From: the human T2T-CHM13v2.0 reference genome, Homo sapiens | Direction: 5' to 3' (one strand) | DNA length: 64,000 nucleotides | NCBI RefSeq assembly: GCF_009914755.1 | Contig: NC_060937.1 | Part shown: in pieces, positions 1 to 15,193 of the stretch | How the letters are laid out: each line of letters opens with the position of its first letter | How positions within the stretch are numbered: the stretch's first letter is position 1 | Notes under the pieces: generated by a model | What the model was told of the DNA's origin: nothing | Databases searched by the model: none | The model's input: the letters and a program-made list of their open reading frames with translations, nothing else | Program-made: the position numbers and the translations under genes

Positions 1-755
1 ACCTAGACTTGGATAGGAAGGCAAATTGAAAATAACATGTATAATTAATATAAATACCAATATCTGATGTTTGTGGAGTGCTTACTACATGCCAGACATT
101 GTACTGAGTATTTTTCACTGATTACCAGAAGAAATAATTTATTTTGGAAAATGTAAAATATATGCAAATAAGTGAATGGCACAATCCAAAGTACCCATAA
201 TTGTCCACATCGAGAAAAAAAAAAAGACCTATCATGAGCATTGACAAATATACCAGGAACTGTGAGAGGAAATTTAGGTGCATTCACTCAGTTATTCCTC
301 CCAGAAAACCAGTGATGTAGGTTATTTTTGTCATTCATGCTCATTCCACTAGATGACACTGCTATAATAATAATAATAATAGTAGTAGTAGTAGGAGGAG
401 TTATAACATATCTCCCCTCCTTGAAAAATGATACTTTTAATGATAACCCTAAAGAGCATCAGTGAAAATTAAATTTATAATATCCACTTACATATTAAGT
501 ATGTTTAAAATGTTGTAATTCTTTTGTAATTGATAATCTATTTGTAGTATCTATAGACCGATGTACCAAGGCAGTAAAACATCACAATTTAACTTTTATA
601 CTTTTTTATTTTCTTGGAATACAATGTACATGTCCCCATAGAAATGTTTAAACAGTAGTTAGTGACTGATTTCAGACAAAAAAAAATGCTATTAATTCAT
701 TTACTTAGGAGTTCAGAAGAGGTAAGGTATGCTGAGGAACTCTCTCACATTCAAG

Positions 756-794
756 CACACACACACACACACACACACGCGCACACACACACAC
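756..794. repeat. (CA)n microsatellite with a CGCG interruption
   Basis: Read directly: cacacaca...cacgcgcacacac. Confidence 0.95.
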
Positions 795-2867
795 CTGTGG
801 AATAAGCATCTCTCACTCCCCTTTATGCTGAATGAACTTGCCAAGGGCTTCCGTTGGTAGTGGCCATTACAGATGTCCTCTTATGCTGGATTTGGAACAG
901 GACATGAGAGGAGAGTCAGGCTTGGACTGGCACAGGAAATGAGGATTCTGCCAAAGTAAGAGGGGATCCGGGTGCCCTCTGAAGAGCTGAGACTCAGTGC
1001 CTTGTCAGAAGGGCTTCTCGTGGGCTCAAGGGAGAAAGGGAGAAGGGCTAAGATTTCCATGAGATGGATGAGAGAGGGCCTTCAGATCCCAGGACTCTTA
1101 ACATGGAGGATGTTCACTAAAGGGTAGGGAAACGGGGCTCTCAAAACACCGGAACCAACTTGTAGCAGCTGCTTGATCTAACATGGAAATAGCAGCTCAG
1201 ACATTTTCATTGCTAGACATTCTGAAGAAATATGAAATTTTCTGAATATTAAGAGACCCCATCATCACCTCTGTATTCAAAATGTCTTTTCATTTATGCT
1301 GTCAGAAGATGATTAGAAATAAAATTTGAAGTGAAACCGTACACAATTTTTACCTAGATTTATCATCCTTCTTTGAAAAATATTCTTGACTATATTCGTT
1401 ACTCTGAGCCTTTTCAACATTCTGTTTTGTACAATTCAATCATACTATTGAATAATAATGTGATAATATGTGAAATTTACTATTTTTTGGATTATCTATC
1501 TAACTTTTTCTACTCTAATGTAATACAATTCTGTTTGGTTATTTAATATCACCACTTGCTCACTCATTACCTGTTCATTGGGATTGTTTACAGGTAATAT
1601 TTAAGACGTAGAAGCAGAAGACAATGCTACAATGTAGGACAATAAAAATACTATTTCAAATGTGTCATCTCTATACTGGCCCCAAAAGAGGAATGGTACG
1701 TTTAACGGAAGAGAATTATATTACAAATCATGCTTAAATAATAAAAGCCATCATTTAAGAAAGAGTCTCCTCCAGAACTGTACTTAAAATAATTTATTTG
1801 GGATGCAAAAGTACTTTCAATTGTCTCTATTCATCTTTACGGTCCTACCTTCAAGAGCTAGTTACAAATCTCATTCTGCATTTTGTCAGCTACTTGAACC
1901 CAGCTCTCTCATTTATGAACTTGAACTTCAATTCTATATTGTCAGAATAGTGCATTATTACAGTGTTAGGAGTGTATGTCTATTTTAATGGAAACTATAT
2001 TTATGATTTCAAATGAAATCAATTATAAGTCCAATATAAATCACAAATTGATTAATGTGGTCTCTTGCCAGTTTAAGAGGCTTTTAAAGGCTCTGCTGCA
2101 GATGGCTGACTGCAGTGTTTTGATCCGTAGTTTTTTAGAATTTTTGGAACAGTCAAAACTGGGTATTAATGTTCTGTGGCAATGTTTTAGGCATTTTACT
2201 AGGTAAAGGATTCAATATCAGGAGGGAATTACATTCTGTTTACTAATTTCTTTTCCTGTAATATTTTAGTAAGGTTATCTTTACTGAAAATATGTCATTT
2301 TTATTACTATTACTGCATTACATATTTTCATGAGTGTAACTTAGTTCATGCCCCTTATTTGATTTTTCAAAGAGGAAAGAACAAGCTAGATTTCTTGCTT
2401 TACTAGCCATTAATAGAACCTTAAACTTGATCATAAGTAAAAATAGATCATTTTGTTAGAATTAATACAATAATCTCAAAGATATAATTACTATAAGTGG
2501 AAATTATAATACTTATTTTATTTTAGCTTAATTAGAATTTATGCCCTTGAAAATAAAATGTGAAAAAGCAATATAAATATATTTTCTCTGAATTTTTCCT
2601 TTACAACTATATATATCAATCATTATACATATCATCTATACATACACCTTGATTATTAATGAGTCTAATATTTTTAACTTTAGCTCCTAGAGTCACCCAC
2701 AGGAAGGAGATCTTGAACCCTTTCAATGATACCCACTTCACTTTTACCATAGTCCTTCACATAGTGATATTTAAGCCTCTCAGTTTCCATAAAGCAGTTG
2801 TATAAAGAGATCAGATCTATTTACATGCTATGTCTAGATTGGCCAAATTTTCTCAACTAAAATGTAA

Positions 2868-2956
2868 AAGAGAGAGAGAGATAGAAAGATGGAAAAAGAG
2901 TAAGGGAAGGAAGGAAGGATAAGAGAGAAGGGATGGAAATAGAAAGGAAGGGGGGA
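2868..2956. repeat. GA-rich low-complexity purine tract
   Basis: (GA)n and (GGAA)n runs; almost entirely purine on the + strand. Confidence 0.8.
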
Positions 2957-5431
2957 TAATTTTACACATAACTCGTAGGGTTTTCATGATAATTTAAAAG
3001 AATACGAAGAATCATTTATTTTAGAATGCCTTTATTGTTTATAGGATTAAGCATGTTATGTATCAGTTAGGATCTAACCTCTTCCTACAAGGCCGTTTCC
3101 TTGAGTAACTATGCACATTTAAGTACCTGATACAGTAGGAACTCAATAAGTAGTAGACACCTCTACCATTACTATTAAAAATGTACTGGTAAAAGTGTTT
3201 GAAATGCAGTGTGAATGAAGCTCTAAAATTCTGCTATTGATGTCCTGTGGCCTGGCTTGCCTTATTATATTCCAACCTTTGTTTACTAGTAAATAGATCA
3301 TCCCAAATCAGTGCAAACATGTACCTTCCTTAGCAGTATTCTAGAACTACCTGAAAAAAATCAGAAAAATATAAAGCTTTGGTTAGATTATTAAGATGAA
3401 ATAAAACATAGGAAATAATATAGACATTTATAAAATTTTAATTTTTTTTTGTCTCAAAAGCAACTCAAGTAAAATACCTATTTGTGGAAGGACCTGACTG
3501 ACCGTGGTTAGTTTGACCAATGATGGTAATTACTTTACAGTGCATAGTTATTCAAGGAAAGAGCCTGGAGAAAGAGGTTAGATCTCAACTGATACACAAT
3601 AGGCTTAATCTGATCAGCAATATAGAATTTTTTTAAGACCCTGATCCCTCTTAAATCTGGAGTTAGAGTATTACTTCCTCATTATAGCTGACCTGACCAA
3701 AAATTACTACTCAAATCAATTAGTGAAAATATTTTTGACAGATATTGTGAAATTTCATTATACTGGGGAATGGAGGAGGAGGGAGAATGACTTCACTTGG
3801 AGGAATAAAAGTACTGTCCTTCACAACGTCCAGAAGCACAGTTCTCCTTCTCTCCCAAATGAACTAGCGTTGGTTATTGGGATCATTCACTTGAACCGTA
3901 GCTGAGGTTCCTCCCTGGGATTTCAAGACATGTAAGTATCTTATATGTGAAGCAAGAATTCCGGTACAGTTACTTAGATACTGTTAATCACTATAATATC
4001 TTTCATCTTGCAGCCTTATCTGGATAGATATGCAACCGTTTGCATTTTCAATGAACTTCCAATTTCTAGTGATTTGGCACAACAGGAATTGATTATAAAC
4101 TGAACAGGATAAAATGGCTGCCTACCTAATTATGGAGATTCCAAAAGTTCTGTATTTTAATTGTCATAATAGGCAAGAATTCAGAAGAAACTGTCATCTT
4201 GTAAGTTAGGTAACAGGATATTAGATACAGTTGTCCCGTATTGCTTCTTGAAACCCTTGAGGCCTAATTTAGATATCTGACTCCCTGACACAGAGAACAT
4301 GATGTGTAGAAGAAAGTTTAAACATCAAATTCTTTAGATTGGTTAAGACCACATACACAGAAAATATTAAGTAACGTGGTGAACTGAAAAATATATTCTG
4401 GGGCTAATCTAAGAGGCTGTGGAGTAAGGACATCTTGGTAACTAAGTCTATTTCTAATTTGGCAGTTCTAAGTTTAAGCGAGTACTAGGAATACTGGGGG
4501 ATAAATGAGGACCATTTGTTCCTGAGAGCACTGCCCTGTGGTCAACCAGTCTGTGTTCACAATGTTTATTGTATTACACCAAGACCTGTAAGGTGTACCT
4601 GCCTAAAATAAGATGGCTCCCAGTAGATGCAATGAATATCTGCAGCCATCTGTATATAAGCCTGGCCACAGAAGGAAGACTTTGAGCTTTCTCAAAAGAT
4701 CTGATATGGTTGTCGTTCACTTAGACTTATCATTTGCAATTGTGTGTTTACTTCTGAGGGCTTTATAGGGTGCCTATGAATTTAATCCTCTGTCTATCAC
4801 TTAAAATAGTGTGGATTTTCCTGCTTTATATCCCAACTAGCTGGCTTCTTCTTGCATCCTTTAAATAAGCAAACATACTTGATTTACCTCAGTCATGCAT
4901 GTCTGGTCTCCGTCAGTGTAAAGCTCTTATTTACATTAGTAGAATACCTTGATACTAAGGTCTTATTATTTCAGTTGATTCACTCAACTCCTAGAAATGG
5001 AACAAAATATCTGTTTTGATTCCCATTTTAGATTGAGGAAACTCTGCCATAGTTGATTAAGAAAATTATCTGAAGTCTTCATGCAGGTAAGAGACAGATT
5101 AGAGATGTAAGAGAATGTGTTATAATTCAACTCCAGCACATTTTTTATTATATCTCATTGTCATACAACATAACTTCCAAATTTAGAATTTAGTTTATGG
5201 CATTGTTATAAAGATCACAAGAACTGATACACATGAAAGTGGTTTTTGCACATAAGACTATTCAAGACTCTGGTTCATAGAAAGTCTCTTGCCCTTGCCT
5301 CCAGCCCCTAATAAATAGTTTTGCGATAAAATAAAAAAAAAAAAACTTCCTATTAAGGTCAACGTTATTATTTTCAAAATATCGAAATTAAAATATGACA
5401 ATGACCTTTAATCTAAATAATTATGTGGTGT

Positions 5432-5878
<447 letters not shown>

Positions 5879-8675
5879 TTAAGACCAGTACATTTAAAGG
5901 TAAAATTGAATAAGGCAAAAATAAATTCTATCAAAAATAAGCTTATCCTGGAAAGTCCTGTTTAGAAAGAGCCAGCTGATCTGGATTAATCTAATAAATG
6001 CTGAATCCAAAGAAATGTACCTGAATACAGAATTGTGTAGATTGAGAACTAAGGAAAATATACTATCTTCTTTCAGAAAACCTTCTGAATAAATATTCCC
6101 AAGAAAAGTTACTTGAGTCTATCCTTTTCTATTGGCTATCTTTAAAGCACCCTTTCCCAAGTCAAGGTAATAAATAAAAACTGTGCTTATATTACTATTA
6201 ATTTGGCTTCTTGTATTTTAAAACCTTTATTTCATTCAGTAAATCTAAATGTGATTTTTATTCTTGAGTGATGTATTAAAATCGTACCTTGGCACTGCAT
6301 GTCTCCATAACTACATGCATAAATAAGGAAACATTAGTTGATCTCAACCTCGAAGTCGATGTATCCCTGCACTTCAAAATTTGAAAACTGATACATTTCT
6401 CATTGTATGTGCCAGCTTGAGACAGATTTTCCATTAGATAAAGCTGCATATAGCCTAGTTGGTCTACAGTTTTTTCCCAAATGAATAATCATTATGTCCC
6501 AAAGCAAGTGGTGCAGTCTAGACAGGAAGAGGCAAGTACCTGGAACTGTGAACCGGCTCTAGGTAGAAAGAGTCAATGACACCTGATGAGTTGAAGTAAA
6601 ACTCAGTAGGAAGAATACAGACAACAGATGGTAATGCAGGAAAACATTTGGCCTCCTGACTGCCCAACACAATGTAATGAAGGTGCCTCTACAGGCAGTA
6701 CTCTGAAACTCAGTGGAGCAGATGATAAATCTGTCACAATTTTCCATCCCAGTTACAGAGCCAGCATTCAGGAAGAATTAGCCAATTCTTAGAAGGAGAG
6801 ACAAATAAGAGCAAAACAGAAATCCAGCCTTAGAAGACTCTGGTACTAATTAGATAGCAAAAGCAGGAGTTTGGACACTCAAAATAACGGAAAGAGGATG
6901 TGGAAGGAGAACTTAGTCCGAGTAAAGGTCACAAGAGATGTAAAACTGGAGACAGAGTTGGAATTAGTGTAGTGGAAAGACTAACTTACTCCTGAGTCTC
7001 CTGATTGTTGGAGCATCTTAAATCCCTCTTAACTAAAGTCAGGCTTGGTCCTAAGCCTGGAACAAGACATGGGAATTATGTTGATGAAGTAATGTGTCTC
7101 TCAATAGAAAGAACATGAATATATTTGGCAACTGAGGAGCCAGTAGGTCCTAAAATGATGACATAGTCATTTGGATTAACTCCTGATTTCTTAATAGCCA
7201 CTTGACTTTAACAAGTATAAACTGGGAACTTACTCCAGCTCTTAGGTAAGTGAGTTTTGCTTGGCTAGACTTTTCACAAGCATGTTTAGTTAATATTAAC
7301 AGTATTACAACTTAATGTCGCAGCTGATCTCTAGAAGTCATTGGTCTAGAGAAATCTTAAAATTTAAAAAGGAAATTGAATCCTGAAAGAGGTGCTCAAG
7401 AGAAAATGAGGAATAATATATAAATGAGGACACACATCATTTCTTCAATTTTTCCTACATTTGTTGAGTTCCTACCTAACATAGCAGGATCGAGCAACTA
7501 AAATCACTAACACAAAAGTTTTTTTTTTTAATGTCTATATTTGGAATACCTTCATCAGAGGCCACCAACCTATAAGAAAGATAAGACAAAGTGAAAATCA
7601 TTGTTTAAAAAAATGTTTAACTTAATCTCTTTTGTATTAGTATTCAAACCATTTAAAATTCAAGTTCTTATCAGGGTTGTTTCTCCCTAACTTTTCTTAC
7701 TCCCTAATATGGCATCTAATTTCAAGAAGAAAATGTGGTCACAGTTCATTTTCTGAGTGTAAGTCTCTGGCTTTGCTCATCCTGTGTACCTGGTGTGGCC
7801 TCCTGCTGATGAATTTAGAGGCTGTTGAAAGATGTGGGATGTTGTCTTAGCACTGGCAGTCTGTGATTTTATTAGCTCCCAGGATCACAGTTGTTTTCCC
7901 TAATTCATTGTCTCCATTTCTTTATTAGCAGAAAATGTACTTCTCTGACTCTTGGGCACAATCTGCATGGTTCCTCAGTTAAAATGTCTAATTTCCTACT
8001 CCACCTTCAGGGTTACCTTGCCCCCTTGAAAGTGCAGCTTAGTGGGAGGCATAAAAGCTCTTGTCTCAGCTACATTTTTGCTCCCTCAGTGGTGTTACTG
8101 AATAACTTACAGATTGACTGTGTATTAATAGAACTCAACAGGGAAGTATCATTATTTGTGGCTTTTTCACTTACACACCAGCCTCCATCAATGCCGTATC
8201 TGCACAGGTAGACAATGAGTCTCAACCATGAGTGAGTGGTGAGAACCAAGACATAAATTTTGAGTATTTTGTCCATTTTCTGTATCCATTCCATCATGAC
8301 GCCTCTGGAAACCATGCAAAGAGACCTAGCTTCAGTTTGCTGAGTGATTTAGAAATAGTAGGGATGAGAATTCCATTGTGCCACATTCTCAATCCTCTCC
8401 GTGCTATGACTTAAATGTAAACTCAAGATTCAAATTTCTAAGTTTTCTTTTGATAGGTACACATGCTTGTAAGGGAGGAGGGTTAGAGCATCATCTTTAT
8501 ATGGACCAGAAAAAGAAAAAAATTATCTTCTTTCTCTTCACATTTCTTTTTATCAATCTCAAACCCCTTCAAGGAAGTGAAATATGTCTTGATTTCCTAA
8601 AAGGAAAATGTGCAGAAAGAAGGCAAGAAAGACAGACAGCAAGAGTGTACTACAACCAGAGAGAAAACCTGGTTC

Positions 8676-8979
8676 AAGCTTAGTTTGGGTGGATACGAAA
8701 TGTTGGGTTGAAAATTCTTTTCTTTAAGAATATTGAATATTGGCCCCCAGTCTCTTCTGGCTTGTAGGGTTTCTGTAGAGAGATCTGCTGTCAGTCTGAT
8801 GGGCTTCCCTTTATGGGTAACTCAACCTTTCTCTCTGGCTGCCCTTAACATTTTTTCCTTCATTTCAATCTTTGTGAATCAGACAATTATGTGTCTTGGG
8901 GTTGCTCTTCTTGAGGATTATCTTTGTGGTATTCTCTGTAATTTTTGAATTTGAATCTTGGCCTGTCTTGCTAGGTGGG
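8676..8979 (-). mobile_element. L1PA ORF1 internal fragment; continues the adjacent + strand L1 piece in L1 coordinates
   Basis: Reverse complement reads cccacctagcaagacaggcc...aaagaaaagaattttcaaccc...aaactaagctt, which matches L1 ORF1. Confidence 0.93.
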
Positions 8980-10829
8980 CAAGATGGTTGAATAGGAACA
9001 GCTCTGGTTTGCAGCTCCTAGGGAGATCAACACAGAAGGTGGGTCATTTCTGCATTACCAACTGAGGTACCTAGCTCATCTCACTGGGACTGGTTAAACA
9101 GTGGGTGCATCCCACGGAGGGTGAGCTGAAGCAGGGTGGGTGTCCCCTCATCTGGGAAGCATGAGGGGTCGGGGAACTCCCTCCCCTAGCGAAGGGAAGT
9201 CACGAGGGACACTACCATGAGGAATGGTGCATTCCAGCCCAGATACTATGCTTTTATCATGGTCTTCACAACCCACACACCAGGAGATTCCCTCGGGTCA
9301 CCAGGGCCCTGGGTTTCAAGCACAAAACTGGGCAGCCATTTGGGCAGACACTGAGGTAGCTGCAGGAGTTTTTTTCATACCTCAGTGGTGCCTGGAATGC
9401 CAGCAAGACAGAACTGTTCACTCCCCTGGAAAACGAGCTGAAGCCAGGGAGCCAAGTGGTCTTACTCAGTGGATCCCCCCCCACAAAGCCCAGCAAGCCA
9501 AGATCCACTGGGTTGAAATTCTTGCTGCCAGCACAGCAGTCTGAAGTCGACCTGGGATGCTTGAGCTTGGTGGGGAGAGGGGCATCTGCCATTACTGAGA
9601 TTTTCCCCTCACGGTGTAAACAAAGCCTCCGGGAAGTTCGAACACTGCAACTCGGCAAAGCCTCTGGAGCCACACTATGTCTCTAGATTCCTCCTCTCTG
9701 GGCAGGGCATCTCTGAAAGAAAGGCAGCAGCCCCAGTCAGGGGCTTATAGATAAAACTCCCATCAGAGCACCTGGGGGAAGGTGCGGCTGTGGGTGCAGC
9801 TTCAGCAGAATTAAATGTTCCCGCCTGCTGGCTCTGAAGAGAGCAACAGATCTCCCAGCACTGTGATTGAGTTCTGCTAAGGGGCAGACTGCCTCCTCAA
9901 GTGGATCCTGACCCCTGTGCCTCCTGACTGGGAGACACCTCCCAGCAAGGGTCAACACTCACGCAGCAGAGCTCCGGCTGGCATCTGGCAGGTGCCCCTC
10001 TGTGACGAAGCTTCCAGAGAAAGGAACAGGCAGCAATTTTTGCTGTTCTGCAGCCTCCACTGGCGATACCCAGGCAAACAGGGTCTGGAGTGGACCCCTA
10101 GCAAACTCCAGCAGACCTGCAGCAGAAGGGCCTAACTGTTAGATGGAAAACTAACAAACAGAAAGGAATAGCATCAACATTAACAAAAAGGACGTCCACA
10201 CCAAAACTCCATCCACAGGTCACCAACATCAAAGACCTAAGGTAGATAAATCCACAAAGATAAGGATAAACCAGAGCAAAAAGTTTAAAAATTCCAAAAA
10301 CCAGAATACCTCTTCTCCTCCAAAAGGTCACAACTCGTCACCAGTAAAGGAGCAAAACTAGACAGAGAATGAGTTTGACGATTTGACAGAAGTAGGCTTC
10401 AGAAGGTGGGTAATAACAAACACTTCCGAGCTAGAGGAGCATGTTTTAACCCAATGCAAGGAAGCTAAGAACCTTGAAAAAAAAGGTTAGAGGAATTGCT
10501 AACTAGAATAACCAGTTTAGAGAAGAACATAAATGACCTGATGGAGCTGAAAAATAGAGCATGAGAACTTTGTGAAGCATACACAAGTATCAATAACCAA
10601 ATCTATCAAGTGGAAGAAAGGATATCAGAGACTGAAGTTCAACTTAATGAAAGGAAGAATGAAGACAAGATTAGAGAAAAAAGAAGAATGAAAAGGAGCA
10701 AGCAAAACCTCCAAGAAATATGGGGCTATGTGAAAAGACCAAACATATGTTTGATTTGTGTACCTGAAAGTGATGGGGAGAATGGAACCAAGTTGGAAAA
10801 CACTCTTCAGTGTATTATCCAGGAGAACT
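8978..10829 (+). mobile_element. L1PA (approximately L1PA7/PA8) complete 5'UTR plus 5' half of a degraded ORF1 (start ~10260)
   Basis: Begins ggcaagatggttgaataggaacagctc, the L1 5' terminus with a decayed YY1 site; ~1.28-kb UTR; ORF 10610-10861 contains ORF1p peptide NLQEIWGYVKRPN...GENGTKLENTLQ. Confidence 0.95.
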
Positions 10830-12980
10830 ATGGGTTTTTACAGGTTCATTATCCAATGTGATCCACACCCTATCAAAGTTGACAGGACAGACATCATTTT
10901 CCTCAATAGATGTAAGTTTAAAAGGCTTCTATTCATGATTACAGCATAAGTAAATTATGGAGCAGAGTCTCATATCAAGGACTTCTAATATCAAGTGTAG
11001 CCTTTTTTTCCTCTATAACCACTCTGTCTTCTTAGACAGACAGAGGAAAAGAAATTATTTTTATTATTGCCTCCAAGAGATACACACTATTCCTAACATT
11101 TTGTTAAGAGAATACTCAAAATAGAGAGATAGCTAGGTTTCATAACATATGTTATCATAATGCAATGAGATGGTATTATGAGATAATTTTTAAAGTGACT
11201 ATTTTACTTATTTTCACATCAGTTATTAGCACATGCACACACAACTTTGAGAGAGGACTTTAAAACTCATATTAAAATTTTATCTTTTCACCAGCTTTAT
11301 TTAATACACTCTGCCTTCTTTATGATGAACCAGGATCATTATTTTGATGATTTTTGCTTCACTAGGCTGAAATTCAATAATGGGCCGTGAAGTTATTAAA
11401 CAGAAAAGAACTCTTTGTTCCCATAGCAAATGTCTGTAGATTGAATTACAGTTGCTGATTTTATTTCTTCTCGTTTTTCTCCCCCACCTGTTACATCTTA
11501 AAGTTTTATTTTGTTCTATTTTCCTCAGTTTCTCCTATTTGCCCTATTTGCTTCCATCCTCCTAGTAGATTTCTAGTAGACTATCAGCAGTTACCTAAGG
11601 GGCATCCAGATAATCAAACCCTGTATCAGTTAACTTAGTTTCATATGCTTAGACATTTGCATCCTTGGGACTTGAAGGTAAAGTTCATGAATTGCCATGA
11701 GACATGGTTTTGTACAATTCTTGTTAGTTGCCAATGGCTGCACTTACGGAATATTACTATTATGCTGTATCATGCATAGCATAATATAACCCGTAGGAAG
11801 AGTCACACAGAATGACAGGAAAGGTTACATTTTTCATTCTAAATGGAGTGTTTTTCTCTGTCGTCTTCTGCATAGAACTCATGCATTCTTCTTATGGTCA
11901 GATAAATGAATGAAATGTATACATTACTCCATTCTTTTCAATAAAACTGTGGAATGGTTGCCATTTCAGCTTACTCTGTATTTCTTAGAGTTGGGGATTG
12001 GTGATATTAAAGTTCTCTTGATTGATCTACAAGATAATTCCTCTATCATATTTTTTATATTATGATAGGACACAACTTATTTTAGACACAAATGAATATT
12101 TACGTCATGACAATTTCCCTTTGTTTTCTTCCCATTTTATATATACATGCCATGTAGATGGTAAGCAATAGTAAAAATTGTTCTTAAAAAGTAATAACAC
12201 CTTACACAAGCAGAATAAGTAAGAAAAAGGTAATAAAATCTACATGAGAAACAGGACACATTTTACTTTACTTTTTTATCCTTCTGAAAATATTTATAGT
12301 GATTATCAAAGGCATACAAAGTATTTTACTCCTACCAAAGTATTTTTACACACACCTTTAAACTGGAATTGCTCAATGTATGTAAAAGAAAACTGTCAAT
12401 TAACTTATCACCATTCACTTTAGTAAGCATAAACAGTCTAAAAACAGGAGGCATATACTGTCTGATCATAGTTTAACCTGAATTCTGAATCTGAAGGAAA
12501 CAAAATCTCTCAAAGAAATAAACATATTTGCTTTGTTATTATTGATTTCTGTTGAATTTCGATCGAATCATTCCTCAGATTTCCAGTTCTTCTAAAGCAA
12601 TGATGAATGTGAATATAGGTATATGCCTGTAACGGAAATTTGTGAGCCCTGTTGAAATGAGGTCCAGAAGTTGCACTTCCAAAGATGATTGTCTTCAAGG
12701 CAATTGCTTCCTGCCAGTTTGGTGATCCCTGGTGCTGGCTGAGAGGACAGAGTCTAACAGCTGCAGCAAATAAGCAGCCCATAACTGCAGAAACTCCCTG
12801 ATAGGAGGGAAGCGAAAGCAGCTAACACAGGCCACTGAAGGAATCATTTGCTCTATGGCTTTGGCCTATAAATGGTAATATTTCACAGTTGTGTTGTGGT
12901 TTTGTTTTAAGATACAATGCCCCATTGAGCCATATCATAGCCTGAGACAAAAGGAAAGATCAATAATACTAATCACATCT

Positions 12981-13163
12981 TTATTTAAAAATGTATTAGT
13001 TTGTTGATCACTTTTTGCCTTTTGCAGTAATTTTTATTTTTAAAAAAGATTGCATTAAAATAGTATTTATCTTGATTACTAAGTTGTTTTGGTGCCCTAA
13101 ACTTTGCACCTGAGGTGGGTAATTAATAGTATTTGTTGTATTGGATCAATAACCCTGTCCCAG
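12981..13163. mobile_element. hAT DNA transposon fossil, MER96B-like
   Basis: ttgcattaaaatagtatttatcttgattactaagttgttttggtgccc...tttgcacctgagg resembles the recalled MER96B consensus. Confidence 0.55.
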
Positions 13164-14828
13164 TATCTTTTGGGTGAAGCCTAATAATCTGTTTTCTTTT
13201 TTTTTAATGGTTTTAGAGTTTGGTCACTGGACTCCTGCCTCGGAGGCACAAAGGCACAGAATCATAAGCGCTTCATTTGCCTTAGCCTAGACGCACCGCA
13301 TCTTAATAAGAGAGCTCCTCATGTGTAGTGATCAAGGTTCCTTTTGTATCTCTTTTGAAGCCTGAGTCAATAGGAAGAATTGAGTAGATTTTTATTAAGT
13401 ATATATTGGCATTGCTTTTCATCTCTCCTTATAAAACCTAGACAAGTGATATTCAAAAACTGATCCCCAAAGAAGTCACTGCATCTTTTTTTTTCTATCT
13501 CTTTGCTAAGACTCTTCAAACTGGCATCACTTTCAGTTTGAAATAACAATAAAAGCGAAGAAGCCAGGGGCAAAAGTGAAATGCAACATTACACTTTGCT
13601 ATTAGCATAATGTGGATATCAATTACACACGTCAAAATTTTTGTTGCAAACACTTTATAGTTTGTTTCTTCATTTTAAAATATGTATTAAATATTTATTA
13701 AATACCCATTCTTTGGTGAGTCTACAAATAAACAAAAATATATTAGGAAATAAGAAACAATCTAAGCTTAGGTCTGGTAATGTAATGCTTGAAAAATAAC
13801 CCCAGAGGAAGCATAAAATATTTACTAGTTTAAAACCAAGTTAGATAGTCTAAACTTTCTAAAGCTTTATGGGATCTCATTAATGCATGGAAAATTTGAC
13901 TGTAAATCCATTATTTCCAATTTATACACTGAAGGTAACATATAAAAGTCAAAAATCTTTTACACAAAACAAATGCAAAACTGAAAAAGTTTCATACCAC
14001 AAACTTGAAAAATCTTTTTGTGAGTTTTGCACAACACACTAGAGTGTAATAAATCATAAAGAAAAATATTGGTTAAAATGGGTATGTTTAACAGAATATG
14101 AAATACAGAGACAGGGAGATAAACATCAATGCTTTTATCTCTTTCACATTTTTACATTATAAATTAAATGTCAACACTTGGGTATCAGTTGATCTGGGAA
14201 TTCTCAATGTGCTATAGAAGAACTAATTATGAAGCCCTTGGGAAAACTTAAACTTACTTAAATCTCTGGGAAATCCTAAGAAAGCTATGAACTAAATAAA
14301 TATTATCAAAGCAACAATTCATGCATTAACAAACCCTAAATATTATTTATCTACACTTCCTCCTCCTTTCTCTCATCCACTCAATAAAAGTATAAGCGAT
14401 ATAGGCACATACAGGAGATAGAGACTGTTATGCAACTCCCAAAAGATTCATTTAACCTACAGCAATGATTTACTGAATCCCTCCTCTATTCCTCGAAACT
14501 ATGCTGGTTATCAGAAAAGACTCACCGAACTGCAATATCCAACTCTCCAAAATTTCATGGCCCCTCTTTTATGACTCAGGCCTAGCCAAGTTTAGAATAA
14601 CAAGCTGTTAGGGTCAGGCTGTTTGAATTTAGGACAAAAGGCAAAAGGAATCTTTTCTCTTTCAAAATTGGAAGTATACACTCCCAGCTGTTAAGCAAGA
14701 TTAAACCTAATAATTACATAAATAGGTAAAACCATACTCTGGATCATTAATTTATATCTGGGATAGACAGAATGATTAGTAAATACCAACACATTAATCT
14801 GTTATAGTATCTATTGCACATTCATAAG

Positions 14829-15193
14829 TGATATAGTTTGGCTATGTCCCCACTCAAATCTCATCCAGAGAATTGTAATCCCCATATGCCAAGGGAGGGA
14901 CAGGGCGGGAAGTGATTAAATCATGGAGGCGTTTTTCCCCATGCTGTTCTCCTTATAGTGAGTGAGTTCTCATGAGATCTGATGGTTTGAAAGCAGTAAT
15001 TTTCCCTGTGTGGTCTCTCTCTCTCCTGCCACCTTGTGAAGAAGGTGCTTGCTTCCCCTTCGCCTCCTGCCATGATTGTAAGTTTCCTGAGGCCTCCCCA
15101 GTCATGTGCAACTGTGAGTCAATTAAACCTCTTTCCTTCTTAAATTACCAAGTCTCAGGTAGTTCTTTATAGCAGTGTTAAATCTAACTAACA
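14829..15193 (+). mobile_element. THE1 solo LTR (THE1D-like, ERVL-MaLR)
   Basis: tgatatagtttggctatgtcccc...ccatgattgtaagtttcctgaggcctccccag...attaaacctc...ctaactaaca; ~365 bp. Confidence 0.93.

Noticed and set aside
800-1190. GC-richer island, possibly an ancient LTR (similar patches at ~6.5-7.1 kb and ~44.6-45.2 kb)
   Set aside because: I cannot assign a family or boundaries without a Dfam search.
3834-3937. Possible exon ending CAT|GTAAGT
   Set aside because: Weak acceptor, no identifiable reading frame or partner exons; such motifs are common by chance.
9224-10331. Cluster of 70-135-aa ORFs
   Set aside because: All lie within the L1 5'UTR or ORF1 start; ORF1 itself has lost its ATG and contains stops and frameshifts.
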